A stretch of 64,000 nucleotides of DNA from NCBI GenBank assembly GCA_963808625.1, contig CAWEHK010000037.1, forward strand, positions 32,001 to 96,000, read 5' to 3'. The stretch comes from an uncultured delta proteobacterium. GTDB lineage: Bacteria; Desulfobacterota; Syntrophobacteria; Syntrophobacterales; Syntrophobacteraceae. A program made the position numbers and the translations under genes. The notes beneath the pieces were generated by a model. The model did not search any database. It was not told where the DNA came from and was given only the letters and a program-made list of their open reading frames with translations. Position 1 is the stretch's first letter, and every line of letters starts with the position of its first letter. Of this stretch, positions 11,019 to 22,200 are shown piece by piece.

Positions 11019-12903
11019 TTATCCCGCTTGCTGCCCTTCTCGGCGATGTGCCGACAGATTGTGGAGGACAACGAACATGCCAACCGCCAGGGGCGCCAAC
11101 CCCTGCAACGACAGCCCGATAGGGAACAATGCCATGGCCATCGCCGCAGCAATCAGGAGGCCCGTTCCACCATGTTCAGGGAGCTTTGGAAGTGGCCCAC
11201 AATGCCGAGCGAGAGCAGAAACAGAGCGGCCACACTGGTGAGGGTTGCCAGGAGAAAGCCGGGCAGGGTCGCATCGACGATAAGCAGATTTGCTCCCTCT
11301 GGTGTGACCGAAAAGAAGAACGGCACCAGGAAGGCCGGCAGCGAATACTTCCAGGCCTGCATCATCGACCCGAACGGGTTGCCGCCGGTGATCGCCGCCG
11401 CCGCTGAGGGTGAGAGGCCAACCGGTGGTGAGACCTCGGAAAGCACCGCGAAGTAAAAGGCAAGCAAGTGTGCCACGTGGACCGGGACCCCCACCTTTAC
11501 CAAGGCCGGGGCGACCATCACCACGGTCATGATGTACGTGGCCGTGATCGGCAGGCTCAGGCCAATGATCATGGACGCCACCATGGCGAGCAGGATGGCG
11601 AGTATCCGCGAGCCGCCGCTGGCGGACATGATCAGGCCCGAGATCTTGAGCCCCAATCCGGTGAGGGTGAAGGTGCCCACAATCAACCCGGCGGCAGCCA
11701 GGAGTACGGAGACTGGGAGCACGTTCTTGCCGCCTTCGATGACTGCCTCGATAATTTTCCGGGGCGTCAACCATTCGCTCCGGTCCTTGCTGAGAAAGCT
11801 CGTGAGCACGGTCGTCAGCAGGGCGCCGATGGCTGCGTATTCCGGAGACTTGTTCCAGACAGCCAGAAGCAGGATGAGCACCACCAGAGAGATCAGGTGA
11901 TATCCCTTGGTTCGCATGACCTGCCTACGGTCTTGGCTTCCGCCTCCGGAGGAACGAAACGGTATCGCCGCGCTTCCATTTCCAACACAAAAAAAGTCCC
12001 CAGGTAGTAGAGGAGCGTGGGCACGAGCACCATCACCACCACCTCGAAGAAGGTGACATTCAGGAACTGCATGATGAGGAAAGCGGCGGCGCCCATGAGC
12101 GGCGGGGAAATGACGGCGCCGATGCCGCCTGCCGAAATCAGCCCCGCAGCCATATTTGCCGAATAGCCCGCTTTCTTGAGGATGGGCCACATGATGGGGG
12201 CCACCGAAATCGTGGTGGCGACCCCGCTTGCCTGCGGGCCGCCCAGAAGCGCCGTCGTGATGAGGGCGCCGCGACCGGCGCTGGCCGAGGTGCGACCCAT
12301 GGTCGCCAGCGACAGGTCCAGCCAGAAATTGCCGGCGCCGGCTACGTCCATAAAGGTCCCGTAGACCACGAACAGCAGGACGAAGGACACGCTCACGGAG
12401 ATGGGCACGCCGAAGATGCCCTCAAGGGTCATGAACATATGGCCGACGATCCGGTCGATTTCATAGCCCCGATGAGAAAGGGCGCCCGGTAAATAGTACC
12501 CGAAATAGGTGTAAAGCAGGAAACCCAGTACGACGAGGGTGAAGGTGTTGTCCACCACGCGCCGCGAGAGTTCCAGCAGCAACAGGATGGCAGCGATCCC
12601 GAAAAAGACGTCCAGGGGGTCGGGAAGCGTCGAGCGACGGAGAAACTGGTCGAGGTCGCTGAGGGCGTAAACAATGCACGCCGCACCGAGAACGGCCAGG
12701 GTTATGTCAAGGTAAACAGACCAGCGGCCGGCTCTTGGGAAAACCGGGTAGACCAGAAAACCCAAGGCGAAAATGAACCCCAGGTGGACCATGCGAAAAG
12801 TGTGGGTTTCCACCGGGAAGACGGCGCCATAGAGGGACCAGCCAACGAAGGCCGTGTAGAGAATGCCGATAAAGACCGCGGATCTACCGAGAACTTCTCG
12901 CAT
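11019..12903 (-). CDS. TRAP transporter fused 4TM/12TM permease (frameshifted)
   Basis: EGIFGVPI, ISPPLMGAAAFLI, LSLPITATY, LSEVSPPVG motifs. Confidence 0.9.
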
Positions 12904-13040
12904 TACTTCCCCTCCATGGGACCGTCACCTTGTCTCCTTAATCCCAAATATGCCGATGCCTTGTCAAGGAGGCAGAACAAAATATTTGGACTATTGCGCA
13001 ACTTGATGAGGCGGTGCGATTTCTCCCCGCCAGCAGGCAA

Positions 13041-13430
13041 TCAACTCTCTTTCCAAATGCCCTTTTCCACCAGCACCTGTCTCAAGGTTTTTAGCGCCGT
13101 ATTGGTTGCCGGCATTCCTCCATAAATGGCAGACTGAAAGATCACTTCAGCAATCTCCTCGGGTTTGCATCCCACATTGAGGGCGGCATGGAGGTGAAGT
13201 TTCAGTTCTTCAGGTTTGCCAAGCACCGTAAGGCAGGCTATCGCGACGAGCTGGCGGGTGGTGTGGGGGATCTTCTCCCTGGCATACATCTCTCCCGTGA
13301 TAAAAAGCGAGAGACTTTTGGCAAGTTCCGGGTCGAAGGCCCTCCAGAGATCATAAGGCTTCTCGTCGGCTACGCCTTCAAAATAGAGCTCTGCCGTCCT
13401 TTTTGTTTTCTCAATCAGCTCCTTGTTCAA
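13041..13430 (-). CDS. Carboxymuconolactone decarboxylase (CMD/AhpD-like) family protein
   Basis: TRQLVAIACL...ELKLHLHAALNVG...EIAEVIFQSAIYGGMP; TTG start after AAGGAGG inferred. Confidence 0.85.
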   Translation of the reverse strand: MNKELIEKTKRTAELYFEGVADEKPYDLWRAFDPELAKSLSLFITGEMYAREKIPHTTRQLVAIACLTVLGKPEELKLHLHAALNVGCKPEEIAEVIFQSAIYGGMPATNTALKTLRQVLVEKGIWKES

Positions 13431-13592
13431 AGCGCTCCCTCCTTTATCCCGTGCTTTGTAAACATGACCAGTAACGAAATCCGCAGCTCCCGCCTGCCTT
13501 CGAGAGTGGGCGCTTATGCTCACTTTCTTCGGCTTCATGCTTTCGGCTCCCCGGTATTCCCACGCTTCGTTGTGACCTTCTTGGTGTGGCAA

Positions 13593-14042
13593 TTATACCA
13601 GCCGTGGTGGTGTTGAAGCGGCAAGGTCAGGCGGCATCAGGAGTGGGATAGCCCGGCGCTTGTGTTTACGGTAGATTTGAAAATCGGTATCGAGGGTAAG
13701 AATCGAACTGCTGTCGTGTAGTTCGGCCATCCGAACCAGACACGCATCGGCGAGCGATATGGGTACGCTCCCATATTTCTTCAACAAGACTGAGACTGGA
13801 GCGATCTGGTCCGCCAGGCAAAAGCAGATTTCTAAAACCTTCCGTTGCAGCAATTCAATTACGGAGGCCATGCCTCTATTCCATTGCCTCAGCAGAAAGC
13901 ACGCCTCCGAGACAACCGCTTCGCAGGTCAATAGGGGAGGTTGAATTTGAGCCCATTGAGTCTTCGTCCAATCGTGATACCTGTCCCGTGCATTGAGAAA
14001 AGCGACCAGCGGACCCGTATCCAGGATGACTTGCCGTTTCAT
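13593..14042 (-). CDS. vapC: PIN-domain toxin (VapC family)
   Basis: VILDTGPLVA, EAVVSEA, SLADACLV, TLDTDF. Confidence 0.9.
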   Translation of the reverse strand: MKRQVILDTGPLVAFLNARDRYHDWTKTQWAQIQPPLLTCEAVVSEACFLLRQWNRGMASVIELLQRKVLEICFCLADQIAPVSVLLKKYGSVPISLADACLVRMAELHDSSSILTLDTDFQIYRKHKRRAIPLLMPPDLAASTPPRLV

Positions 14043-14272
14043 CTTCCGTAGTGATCCATGTGCTCAGGATTTGTGGAAAGATCCGGTGGGCCTTGCACAC
14101 ATCCCGCAAGATCATGGGCAAGGTCGAAGCAGGAGCCGGTATTCTCTTTCTTGGAAAGAAACTCCTCAAGGGCTTCACGCACGACTGCGGACCTGGTTTC
14201 GCCTCTGTTCCTGGCGGCAGACAGGATTGCAGCCAACAGATCATCCGGCAGCTTGGTAGCGATTGTCTTCAT
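14039..14272 (-). CDS. Ribbon-helix-helix (CopG-like) antitoxin
   Basis: MKTIATKLPDDL...RSAVVREAL; 4-bp overlap with toxin. Confidence 0.85.
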   Translation of the reverse strand: MKTIATKLPDDLLAAILSAARNRGETRSAVVREALEEFLSKKENTGSCFDLAHDLAGCVQGPPDLSTNPEHMDHYGR

Positions 14273-14332
14273 GGCATCCTCGCATAATACGGTTTCGGTA
14301 GTATGGTATTACGATAAATCATGAAATTCAAT

Positions 14333-14990
14333 GACTACCGGCTGAAAGCCGGTAGATTGTTGTGGGCGTAAACGCCCGGTAAGGCTAAAGCCATCTTAAC
14401 TATTCGGATGAATCCGACTCAACCTTCCGCTCGCCATCCTCAGCACGCGCGGATTCATCCCAAACTTTGAACGTTCCTGCTTCTTCAGACTGGTTTGCTA
14501 TGTACTGTTGGAGCTGTTCCTCTGTTATCGCACCAACTGTTGAGCAGAAATATCCCCGACTCCATAAGTGGCGCCCCCAGTACCGTTTCTGGAGGCTCGG
14601 AAACTCCCTTTGAAGCCGGTATGAGCTCTTTCCCTTCAGATATTGCGCTATCTTTGCCGGCGAGTAATACGCCGGAGCACTGATCAGGATGTGGACATGA
14701 TTTGGCCTTATGTTGCCCGATACTACCTGCAAACCCTTCTCCGTGCAGATCTCTCGGATAATGTCGCGCAGTCTCAAAGCCACATCGTCTTTCAAAACTC
14801 CGTAGCTGTACTTCGTCTTCCACACAAAATGGTACTTCAGCTCGGTAACAGTTTGAGCTCCTCTCTGATATCGCTCTTTCTCCATAATACTCTCCTCCGC
14901 TTGTCGCAAAGGAGTATACCGCTAAAGCATCCGTCCTTGAAAGAACATGTGCTGAAGACTTTTCCGCCTCAAAGGCGAAGGTTTATACCC
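14333..14990 (-). mobile_element. IS200-type insertion sequence (tnpA only)
   Basis: tnpA flanked by hairpins ctaccggctgaaagccggtag and ttccgcctcaaaggcgaa; boundaries approximate. Confidence 0.75.
14400..14885 (-). CDS. tnpA: IS200/IS605 family Y1 transposase
   Basis: YHFVWKTKY, HUH motif NHVHIL, LKGKSS, HLWSRGYF, catalytic-Tyr segment YIANQ. Confidence 0.95.
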   Translation of the reverse strand: MEKERYQRGAQTVTELKYHFVWKTKYSYGVLKDDVALRLRDIIREICTEKGLQVVSGNIRPNHVHILISAPAYYSPAKIAQYLKGKSSYRLQREFPSLQKRYWGRHLWSRGYFCSTVGAITEEQLQQYIANQSEEAGTFKVWDESARAEDGERKVESDSSE

Positions 14991-15145
14991 GGCCCCCTGG
15001 AAATCAAAGCCATTTCGTGTGGGCGAAATGGCAAGGAAAAGGCCGAAGAAAACGGCATGGCACCCTTCTTAACCGGAAACCCTGGACTCATTTCTCACCA
15101 ATCAAAATGGGGCTCTTTGTCGTCGGCCCCGATAGCTTTGTATCG

Positions 15146-15396
15146 ATGAGGAATACCGCCGCTACCACGGGGTGATTCATCTGGTCTCAACGGCCATCGG
15201 CGCGCCCCAGTTCTACCGTTACCATCCCGAGGAGCACCGCCCGGAAAACCCGCAAGAGGCGGCCGTTCTGGACGATCACCTAACCCGTATATGGCGCGGA
15301 CATGCGGGTTACATCCGCATCCCCAATGACACCCTCGACTGGTGCCCCAAGAGCGAAGCCGCCCGCACCGCCCTGCAGCGTCTGCTTTCGGATTGA
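15146..15396 (+). pseudogene. 3' fragment of an unknown (possibly P-loop/AAA-like) gene, copy 1
   Basis: EEYRRYHGVIHLVSTAIGAP...; homologous to 16788-16875. Confidence 0.45.
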
Positions 15397-15797
15397 TCAA
15401 ACACAAGCCCGCTCGGGTGTGACACCAGAGTCATTCATGACCCTTTGGGATACCCCTAAACCATGCAAAGTAGGGTGGGCAGGCTGCCCACCAGGACTTC
15501 TCGCAGCAGCTCCTCATGTCGTCTTGCGACACCTTAAACCATGAAAAGCTGCGGGATGACGACCAGACCGACTCGGTTTCCAAAACCGAGTCGGTCTTCG
15601 CACCAGGACTTTTCGAATCAGTGAAGAAAAATGATCGGACAGGCACACTGGCGCGGCAATATTTCGCCATCCCCACTTCGCTCGGAGTGAGAGGTTGCAT
15701 GCCAGCCGGTGGACACAAAAAGACGTGCCCTCCCTACCAGACTTTGATATATTTTACATTGGCTTTGTTATCGAGAAGTTATTAAGGAGGACGCATC

Positions 15798-16046
15798 GTG
15801 GAGCAACATGTCAGCCTGCGTGAAGCCAACCAGCACCTTTCCCGCTATGTTAAAGCGGTACAGCAGGGGCATGAGATCATCCTCACCCGCCGAGGCCAAC
15901 CGGTGGCCCGTTTGGTGGGGGTGACCAGCAAAAAGTTATTGAGCGTCGAACAGCAGGAGGCCAGAAAACGTAGCCTGCAGCGTATGCGTCGCGGTTATCC
16001 ATTGGGAGGGCAGCCTATCCGCCGGGACGAGCTGTATGAGCGATGA
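15798..16046 (+). CDS. Phd/YefM family antitoxin
   Basis: VSLREANQHLSRYV...EIILTRRGQPVARL; AAGGAGG RBS. Confidence 0.9.
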   Translation: MEQHVSLREANQHLSRYVKAVQQGHEIILTRRGQPVARLVGVTSKKLLSVEQQEARKRSLQRMRRGYPLGGQPIRRDELYER

Positions 16047-16512
16047 GCGTTTCACTCTGGATACCAATTTGCTAGTCTATGCGATTGACCGCGATGCCGA
16101 CGAGCGACATCTACAGGCCATTGCCATTGTCGACCGGGCCGTGGAACAGGACTGCGTGTTGACCTTGCAGGTGCTTGCTAAGTTCTTCCATGCTGTGACC
16201 CGCAAAGGAAAGATGCCTGCAGCAGAGGCGCGTGAGCAGGTTAGTGACTGGCTAATCATGTTCCCCGTGGTCGCCGCAGATGGACAGGCGCTGACCAGGG
16301 CAATGGGTGCGGTACAACGCCACAACCTACCATTCTGGGATGCTCTGCTGTGGGCGACAGCCAAGGCTGCAGGCGTCACCGTGCTGCTCAGCGAAGATTT
16401 TCAGGACGGACGTGAACTGGAAGGCGTCCAGTTTCGCAACCCCTTTGCCATGGAAGACCCTTATGCAGCAGGTAATAAGGCAACCCAGCCGGGATCGAGC
16501 CAAGCTTACTGA
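16036..16512 (+). CDS. vapC: PIN-domain toxin (VapC family)
   Basis: LDTNLLVYA, FWDALLWATA, LLSEDFQDG; overlaps antitoxin. Confidence 0.9.
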   Translation: MSDERFTLDTNLLVYAIDRDADERHLQAIAIVDRAVEQDCVLTLQVLAKFFHAVTRKGKMPAAEAREQVSDWLIMFPVVAADGQALTRAMGAVQRHNLPFWDALLWATAKAAGVTVLLSEDFQDGRELEGVQFRNPFAMEDPYAAGNKATQPGSSQAY

Positions 16513-16569
16513 GCACATTGGGATTCCTCCACGGGATTGGTGGCTGAGATTTAAGCTCGACTCAAAACT

Positions 16570-16875
16570 GCCCCGGATCTCGATTAATGAAAGAGGCCTG
16601 CGAGAACCTGTCTTTCAGCGGCTGGTTGTGAACCTGCAGAAGAGCATCCGACAGGCGATGGCGCAGACTCTGGACGGCGAGGCACGCGTGTTGCTGACGC
16701 ATCGGGGAACGCTTGATCCGCTGGCGTTCTGCCTGGCCAATGGCTGAACGGAGGAAAGGTTCCTACGCATCACCGGGGTGAGTATCGAGGAAGAATATCG
16801 CCGCTACCACGGGGTGATTTATCCGGTCACAACGCCCATTGGCGGGCCCTGGTTCCAGCGTTACCGTCCCGATAA
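16570..16875 (+). pseudogene. Internal fragment of the same unknown gene, copy 2, with in-frame stop
   Basis: ...LLTHRGTLDPLAFCLANG*TEERFLRITGVSIEEEYRRYHGVIYPVTT. Confidence 0.45.
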
Positions 16876-17061
16876 GCAAGGCCCTTCGCTCATCACGGAA
16901 AGTAGCATACACCTCTGTCTTTTCTTGGGACGTCCTGGAAAATGCTCATCCCAGAAATCGCACCTTGAGAATTGCGGAGAGGAACCGTTCGTAGTTGAAA
17001 TTATTTCTCAGAACTCTAAAATGGCAATGAGATGCCATAATATTTGGGCAGGAGATAAGCC

Positions 17062-17334
17062 ATGAAACGAGCAAGCCTCCGCAATTTCCATGTTCCATTA
17101 TCCGAGGACCTTTATGATAAGCTCCGGGAGGAGGCTGGCCGCTGCAGGCAGCCCGCAACGGAGCTGGCAAGAGAGGCCATCGAGCTTCTGCTCAAAGAAA
17201 GACGTAAGCGCACTCTTCACGAGGCTGTGGCGCTCTACGCCGCAAAGCAGGCTGGTACTGCCTCAGATTTGGACGTGGAGCTCGAGGCCGCCTCGGTTGA
17301 GCACCTGGTCTCTGGTGGAGAAGACTCGCAATGA
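17062..17334 (+). CDS. Putative antitoxin (RHH-like)
   Basis: NFHVPLSEDLYDKLREEA...ATELAREAI; overlaps MazF start. Confidence 0.75.
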   Translation: MKRASLRNFHVPLSEDLYDKLREEAGRCRQPATELAREAIELLLKERRKRTLHEAVALYAAKQAGTASDLDVELEAASVEHLVSGGEDSQ

Positions 17335-17696
17335 AGCGCGGAGATCTTTACTGGGCTGAACTCGCTCCTCGCTCCGGCTCTGAACAAAGCGGCAGGAGAC
17401 CGGTGGTTGTCATCTCCCATGACGGCTTCAATCAAACTCCCGGCTGGCGCTCCATTATCGTGGTCCCGATCTCGACATCAGCAACCCAGGCCGTGCGCGG
17501 ACCAACAGCAGTCTACCTCCCCAAGGGAGCAGGAGGGCTTAAAAAAGAGAGTATTGTTTTGTGCCACCAAGTCACCACTCTGGATCGATCCAAGCTTACT
17601 GAACGCATAGGGGCCCTTCCGCAGAGTCTCCTCGGTGAGATTGAGAGAAGGACTCAAAGCGGCGCTGGATCTCGAATGAATAAGGGCGCCACATAA
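17331..17696 (+). CDS. mazF: PemK/MazF family toxin
   Basis: MKRGDLYWAEL.P..GSEQSGRRPVVVIS, VVPIST, CHQVTTLDRSKL. Confidence 0.92.
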   Translation: MKRGDLYWAELAPRSGSEQSGRRPVVVISHDGFNQTPGWRSIIVVPISTSATQAVRGPTAVYLPKGAGGLKKESIVLCHQVTTLDRSKLTERIGALPQSLLGEIERRTQSGAGSRMNKGAT

Positions 17697-17868
17697 GCCA
17701 GGGCGGACAGGCCCATATTTTTGTCCCCTCTTTTGCCCGCTCACCAGGTCCCTGTTCAGATGCCATCTCTAATTGCGTGTTGACTTTGCAGGTGTTTGCC
17801 GAGCTCTTCCATGCCGTGATTGGGCGTGAATGGATATTGATGTTGGGTTTCGCTCCGCTCAACCCAAC

Positions 17869-18273
17869 CTACAAATGATAGTTCTGCTTAAGGACGGATT
17901 TCACCTCTTCTACAAAGGCCTTGGCATGATCGAATGAGAGCTGCGCATCTTCAAGGGAGATCGAGCTCTGAGCGGAGTAATCAGAAATCTGCCGCAGATC
18001 AAAGGCCTCGTGAAGCCATCGAGAGAGGTCTTTTGCAAAAATGCCTCGTTTTACAAACTCCTTATCGAACAGGGACACCGCGCCACTGTGCTTGGATGTT
18101 TCCTTCTTTTCGATGGCGAGCAGTGACAGCACCGCATAAAACATCGCGTAGTAGGAGCGATTGACCGCGGGCCGGAGCATCATCTTTTCCATGAGAATCC
18201 GGGCTGCTTCCAGCGATTCGTCCGCCTGCTCCAGGCGATACTCAACGAGAGCTTTGATGTTCGGTGTTATCAC
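17869..18273 (-). CDS. HEPN domain protein
   Basis: AVNRSYYAMFYA, SKHSG, FDLRQISDY. Confidence 0.88.
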   Translation of the reverse strand: MITPNIKALVEYRLEQADESLEAARILMEKMMLRPAVNRSYYAMFYAVLSLLAIEKKETSKHSGAVSLFDKEFVKRGIFAKDLSRWLHEAFDLRQISDYSAQSSISLEDAQLSFDHAKAFVEEVKSVLKQNYHL

Positions 18274-18590
18274 GCGGCAACCCCTTCATTCAGGACATGC
18301 TCGACAAGCGTGCTTTCCGACATGGGACCGTTTTCGAATTGGTCTTCGTCCATAACGATCGTGGTAATGACCCGATCTTCATCAAAACCCACCTCCCAGG
18401 CAATGCGGCGAATTGTTTGGGTCACTATTCGATCCACTCTCGGCAACACAACGCAGATATCAAAATCAGAATCCCATTCAGCCGTGCCGCGCGCCCGCGA
18501 CCCAAAGGCCCAAATGCGCGCTTCAGCGTATCGCTTCCGTATCCGTCCGGCAAACTTATTCAGGATCTTTTGGTCGTCTTTGCTCAACAT
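18270..18590 (-). CDS. Minimal nucleotidyltransferase (MNT)
   Basis: FGSRARG...DSDFDI; paired with HEPN. Confidence 0.9.
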   Translation of the reverse strand: MLSKDDQKILNKFAGRIRKRYAEARIWAFGSRARGTAEWDSDFDICVVLPRVDRIVTQTIRRIAWEVGFDEDRVITTIVMDEDQFENGPMSESTLVEHVLNEGVAA

Positions 18591-18891
18591 GACAGACTCT
18601 CACTTCTGTACCGGATTCACCTTTATGGTCCTCTTGTCGTTGGGAGGCCACTCTTTGCATTTCCAGCCGACAGTACAGATATCACATTTGCGATTGCCTC
18701 TGAAGAGCTTAACGTCACATTCTGCTCCCTTTTGGCGGTGCATGGCGCAATTTCTGTCATGCACTTACTTCCGGTCAATTGCACTCGAGCGACGTATCCC
18801 AAACAGGACCATGGCGGATGCCAATCACGGCCAGCGCAGCGTTTGACAATCGGACTGATTATGATACCATATTAGAACTGGAGGTAACAAA

Positions 18892-19173
18892 ATGAATATT
18901 TCAAGAGATATCAAACCGATTACATACCTCAAAGCAAACGCTGCCGAGCTTTTGAAGCAAATAAACGAAACCCGCCAGCCCGTTGTCATTACTCAAAACG
19001 GCGAGCCAAGAGCGGTGCTTCAGGACCCGGAAAGTTATGAGAACATGCGAAATGCCATAGGTATTTTGAAACTGATTTCCCAAGGCGAGGAGGACGTGAA
19101 GAGCGGGAGGTCCAAAGCCCAGCAAGCCGTATTCGCGGAAATAGAGAAGACCCTCAGAAAAAAAATGAAATGA
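18892..19173 (+). CDS. Phd/YefM family antitoxin (no intact toxin downstream)
   Basis: DIKPITYLK, PVVITQNGEPRAVLQD; GGAGG RBS. Confidence 0.9.
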   Translation: MNISRDIKPITYLKANAAELLKQINETRQPVVITQNGEPRAVLQDPESYENMRNAIGILKLISQGEEDVKSGRSKAQQAVFAEIEKTLRKKMK

Positions 19174-19246
19174 AGAAAGGGTAGTTCAAAATTAACCAAG
19201 TGATTGCACCCAACTGCGACTATCATCACCCCTCGGGATGGAAGCC

Positions 19247-22200
19247 ATGAAGTCACTCCGGCTCTTTACGGGTAACAGACTGGATCTGCTGGCGACAGGC
19301 GTTGGCCAAAGTCCTGGAAACTCCGCTGGCTTCGCCCTTCGAGCAGGAAATCATCGTCGTCCAGAGCAAGGGCATGGAGCGGTGGATTTCCATGCAATTG
19401 GCGTCGCATTTCGGGGTGTGGGCGAATGGGCGCTTTCCCTTTCCCAATGCTTTTGTCTACGAGATTTTTCAACGGGTCCTCCCTGATCTTCCGGATTGCT
19501 CGGTTTTTGATCCGAAATTTTCCACGTGGAAAATCATGGGACTCCTTCCGAGTCACCTTGACGAACCCGGTTTCGAGGGCCTGAAGCATTATCTCGATGG
19601 CCCCCGTTGGAGTCTCAAGCAACTGCAGCTTTCCCGGCGCATCGCCGAAACCTTTGACCAGTACCTCCTCTATCGACCCGAGATGATCGCCGGGTGGGAA
19701 GCGGGTGAAGAGGATCACTGGCAGGCTGTCGTCTGGCGGGACCTGGCCCGGGGATGCGAGCAGCAACACCGGGCAGCCCTGGGGAAAATCCTGCTTGAAA
19801 AGATGCGAAAAGCTGCTCCGGGCGCTTTTCGCCTGCCGCAGAGGGTATCCATTTTTGGCATTTCCTACCTTCCCCCCTTTCACATGCAGATCTTTGAAGG
19901 ATTGTCGCGGCTGACTGAAGTCAATCTGTTTCTCCTGAATCCATGCCGGGAATACTGGGGTGACATTGCTTCGGAGCGGGACATCAGGAGGGTCACTTCC
20001 GGCCACAAGACCCCAGAACTTTCGCCGCAGGAGCTCTTCATCGAGCAAGGGAACCCCCTTCTCGCCTCGATGGGCACACTGGGGAAGGATTTCTTCGAAT
20101 TGATCACCGGCTTCGATTACGAGGAAGCCACGTTCTTTCGCGATCCGGGGGACGGCCACTTACTCGCCGGCATTCAATCCGATATTTTGAACCTGAGAGA
20201 TCGCGCGGAGCACGCCACTCAGCAGGCAATTGTCTCGGAGCAGGACCGCTCGATTCAGATTCATTCATGCCACAGCCCCATGAGGGAAGTGGAAGTCCTG
20301 TACGATCACCTCCTCGAGATGTTCGAACGTGATCCCGGTTTGCTCCCCAAGGACATCCTGGTGATGACTCCCGAAATTGAAATTTATGCGCCCTTTATTC
20401 AGGCCGTCTTTGACGCCCCCGAGGATGAGCGCAGGAGGATCCCTTACCGCATTGCCGACCGCAGCATGAGGAAGGAAAGCCAGGTCGTGGACGCCTTTCT
20501 TGCCATGCTGGAGCTTTGGGGTGAGCGGCTTACGGCGCCCCAGGTCCTGGGCATCCTGGAAGCGCCTGCGGTCCAGGCCAGATTCGGGTTAACGGATGCC
20601 GATCTGGACCTCATCGGGCACTGGGTGAGAGAGGTGCGGATCAGGTGGGGAGTCGATGAGGAGGACCGGCGTCAGTGGTCGTCCAACGCCTTCCGGGAAA
20701 ACACCTGGCGAGCGGGCCTCGAGCGGCTGCTCCTGGGCTATGCCATGCCGGGGAACGGCGAGAACCTCTTCGCCGGCATCCTCCCGTACGACCATATCGA
20801 AGGCAGCGAAGCCGCGGTGCTGGGAAGTTTCATCGAGTTTGTCGAAGAGCTTTTCCCGTTTGTTGCCTCCCTGAGCAGGCCCAGGACGCTCAACCAATGG
20901 TCTGAAGACCTGTTGAACGTGCTGACAACGTTTTTCCTGCCTGCTGAGGACGCCAGGCGAGAACTTCGCGAGGTGCGGCAGGTCATCGCTGATCTGGGGA
21001 ACATCCAGGAGGTTTCGGGTTTCCGTGAAGCGGTGGATATAAAGACCATCAAGTGGTATCTGGAAAAGTATCTCGAGCGCGAAGGCTTCGGCCTCGGGTT
21101 CATGACCGGTGGGGTTACCTTCTGCTCCATGCTGCCCATGCGGAGCATTCCCTTCAAGGTGATCTGCCTCATCGGCATGGATGGAAATTCATATCCCAGG
21201 CAAGTGAAGGCGCCGGATTTCGATCTCATTGCCAAACATCCCAGGCCGGGCGACCGCTCCGCGCGAAATGACGACCGCTATTTGTTTCTCGAAGCCATCA
21301 TCTCGGCGCGGGAAAAACTCTACATCAGCTATACCGGACAAAGCTGCCAGGATAACAGCACGATGCCGCCGTCGGTCCTGGTGAGCGAGCTCATGGATTA
21401 TATCAACCGCGCTTTTACGTTTCCCCAGAGTGAGGGACCTGATTCGTTGGTGATCAAACATCGGCTCCAGCCCTTCAGTCCGGCGTACTTCAAGGGGGAT
21501 CGAACGCTCTTCAGCTATGCCGACGGCCGGCTGCAAGAGGCCCGAGGCGTCCTCAAAGAGAAAACCGCCCCTCCCCTTCTCATTTCCGGAGCGCTATCTC
21601 CCCCCGAAGAGGAGTTGCGAAGCATCAACCTAACGCAATTGTGCCGGTTCTTTGGCAATCCGGCCAGGTTCTTCCTGGATAAGCGTTTGGGGATCTATTT
21701 CGAGGAGAAGAGCTCGCTTCTCGAGGAAACGGAACCTTTCGAGCTCGCCGGCCTGGAGAAATATTCCTGGAGCAGGAGCCTGCTGGAATCCAGAATGGCC
21801 GGGCGCGAATTGACCGGTCTTTTTCCTTCCCTCAAGGCCTCCGGAAAGCTTCCGCACGGAGTTCCCGGAGAATGTGTTTTTGGCGCGGCGAGCCGGAAAG
21901 TAGAAACCTTTGCCCGGGAGATGGCGCCCTACCTGCTCCCCAGGGCACTGGAACCATTGGACCTGGAGCTCCGGATAGCGGACTTTACCATCACCGGAAG
22001 GGTTTCCTCGATCTTCCAGGAGAGAATGGTGCGCTATCGTTATGCCACGATCAAGGCGAAGGACCATCTGAGCCTCTGGGTGCAGCACTTGGTCCTGAAC
22101 GCTCTCCAGCAGCCCGGCTATCCCAGGAAGAGCATGATTGCGGGTTTGAATTCGGGGAAATGGTATGCCATCGAGTATGCGCCGGTCGAAAACAGCCGGA

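Noticed and set aside
14333..14990. IS605 with TnpB/omega-RNA system
   Set aside because: No tnpB ORF adjoins tnpA.
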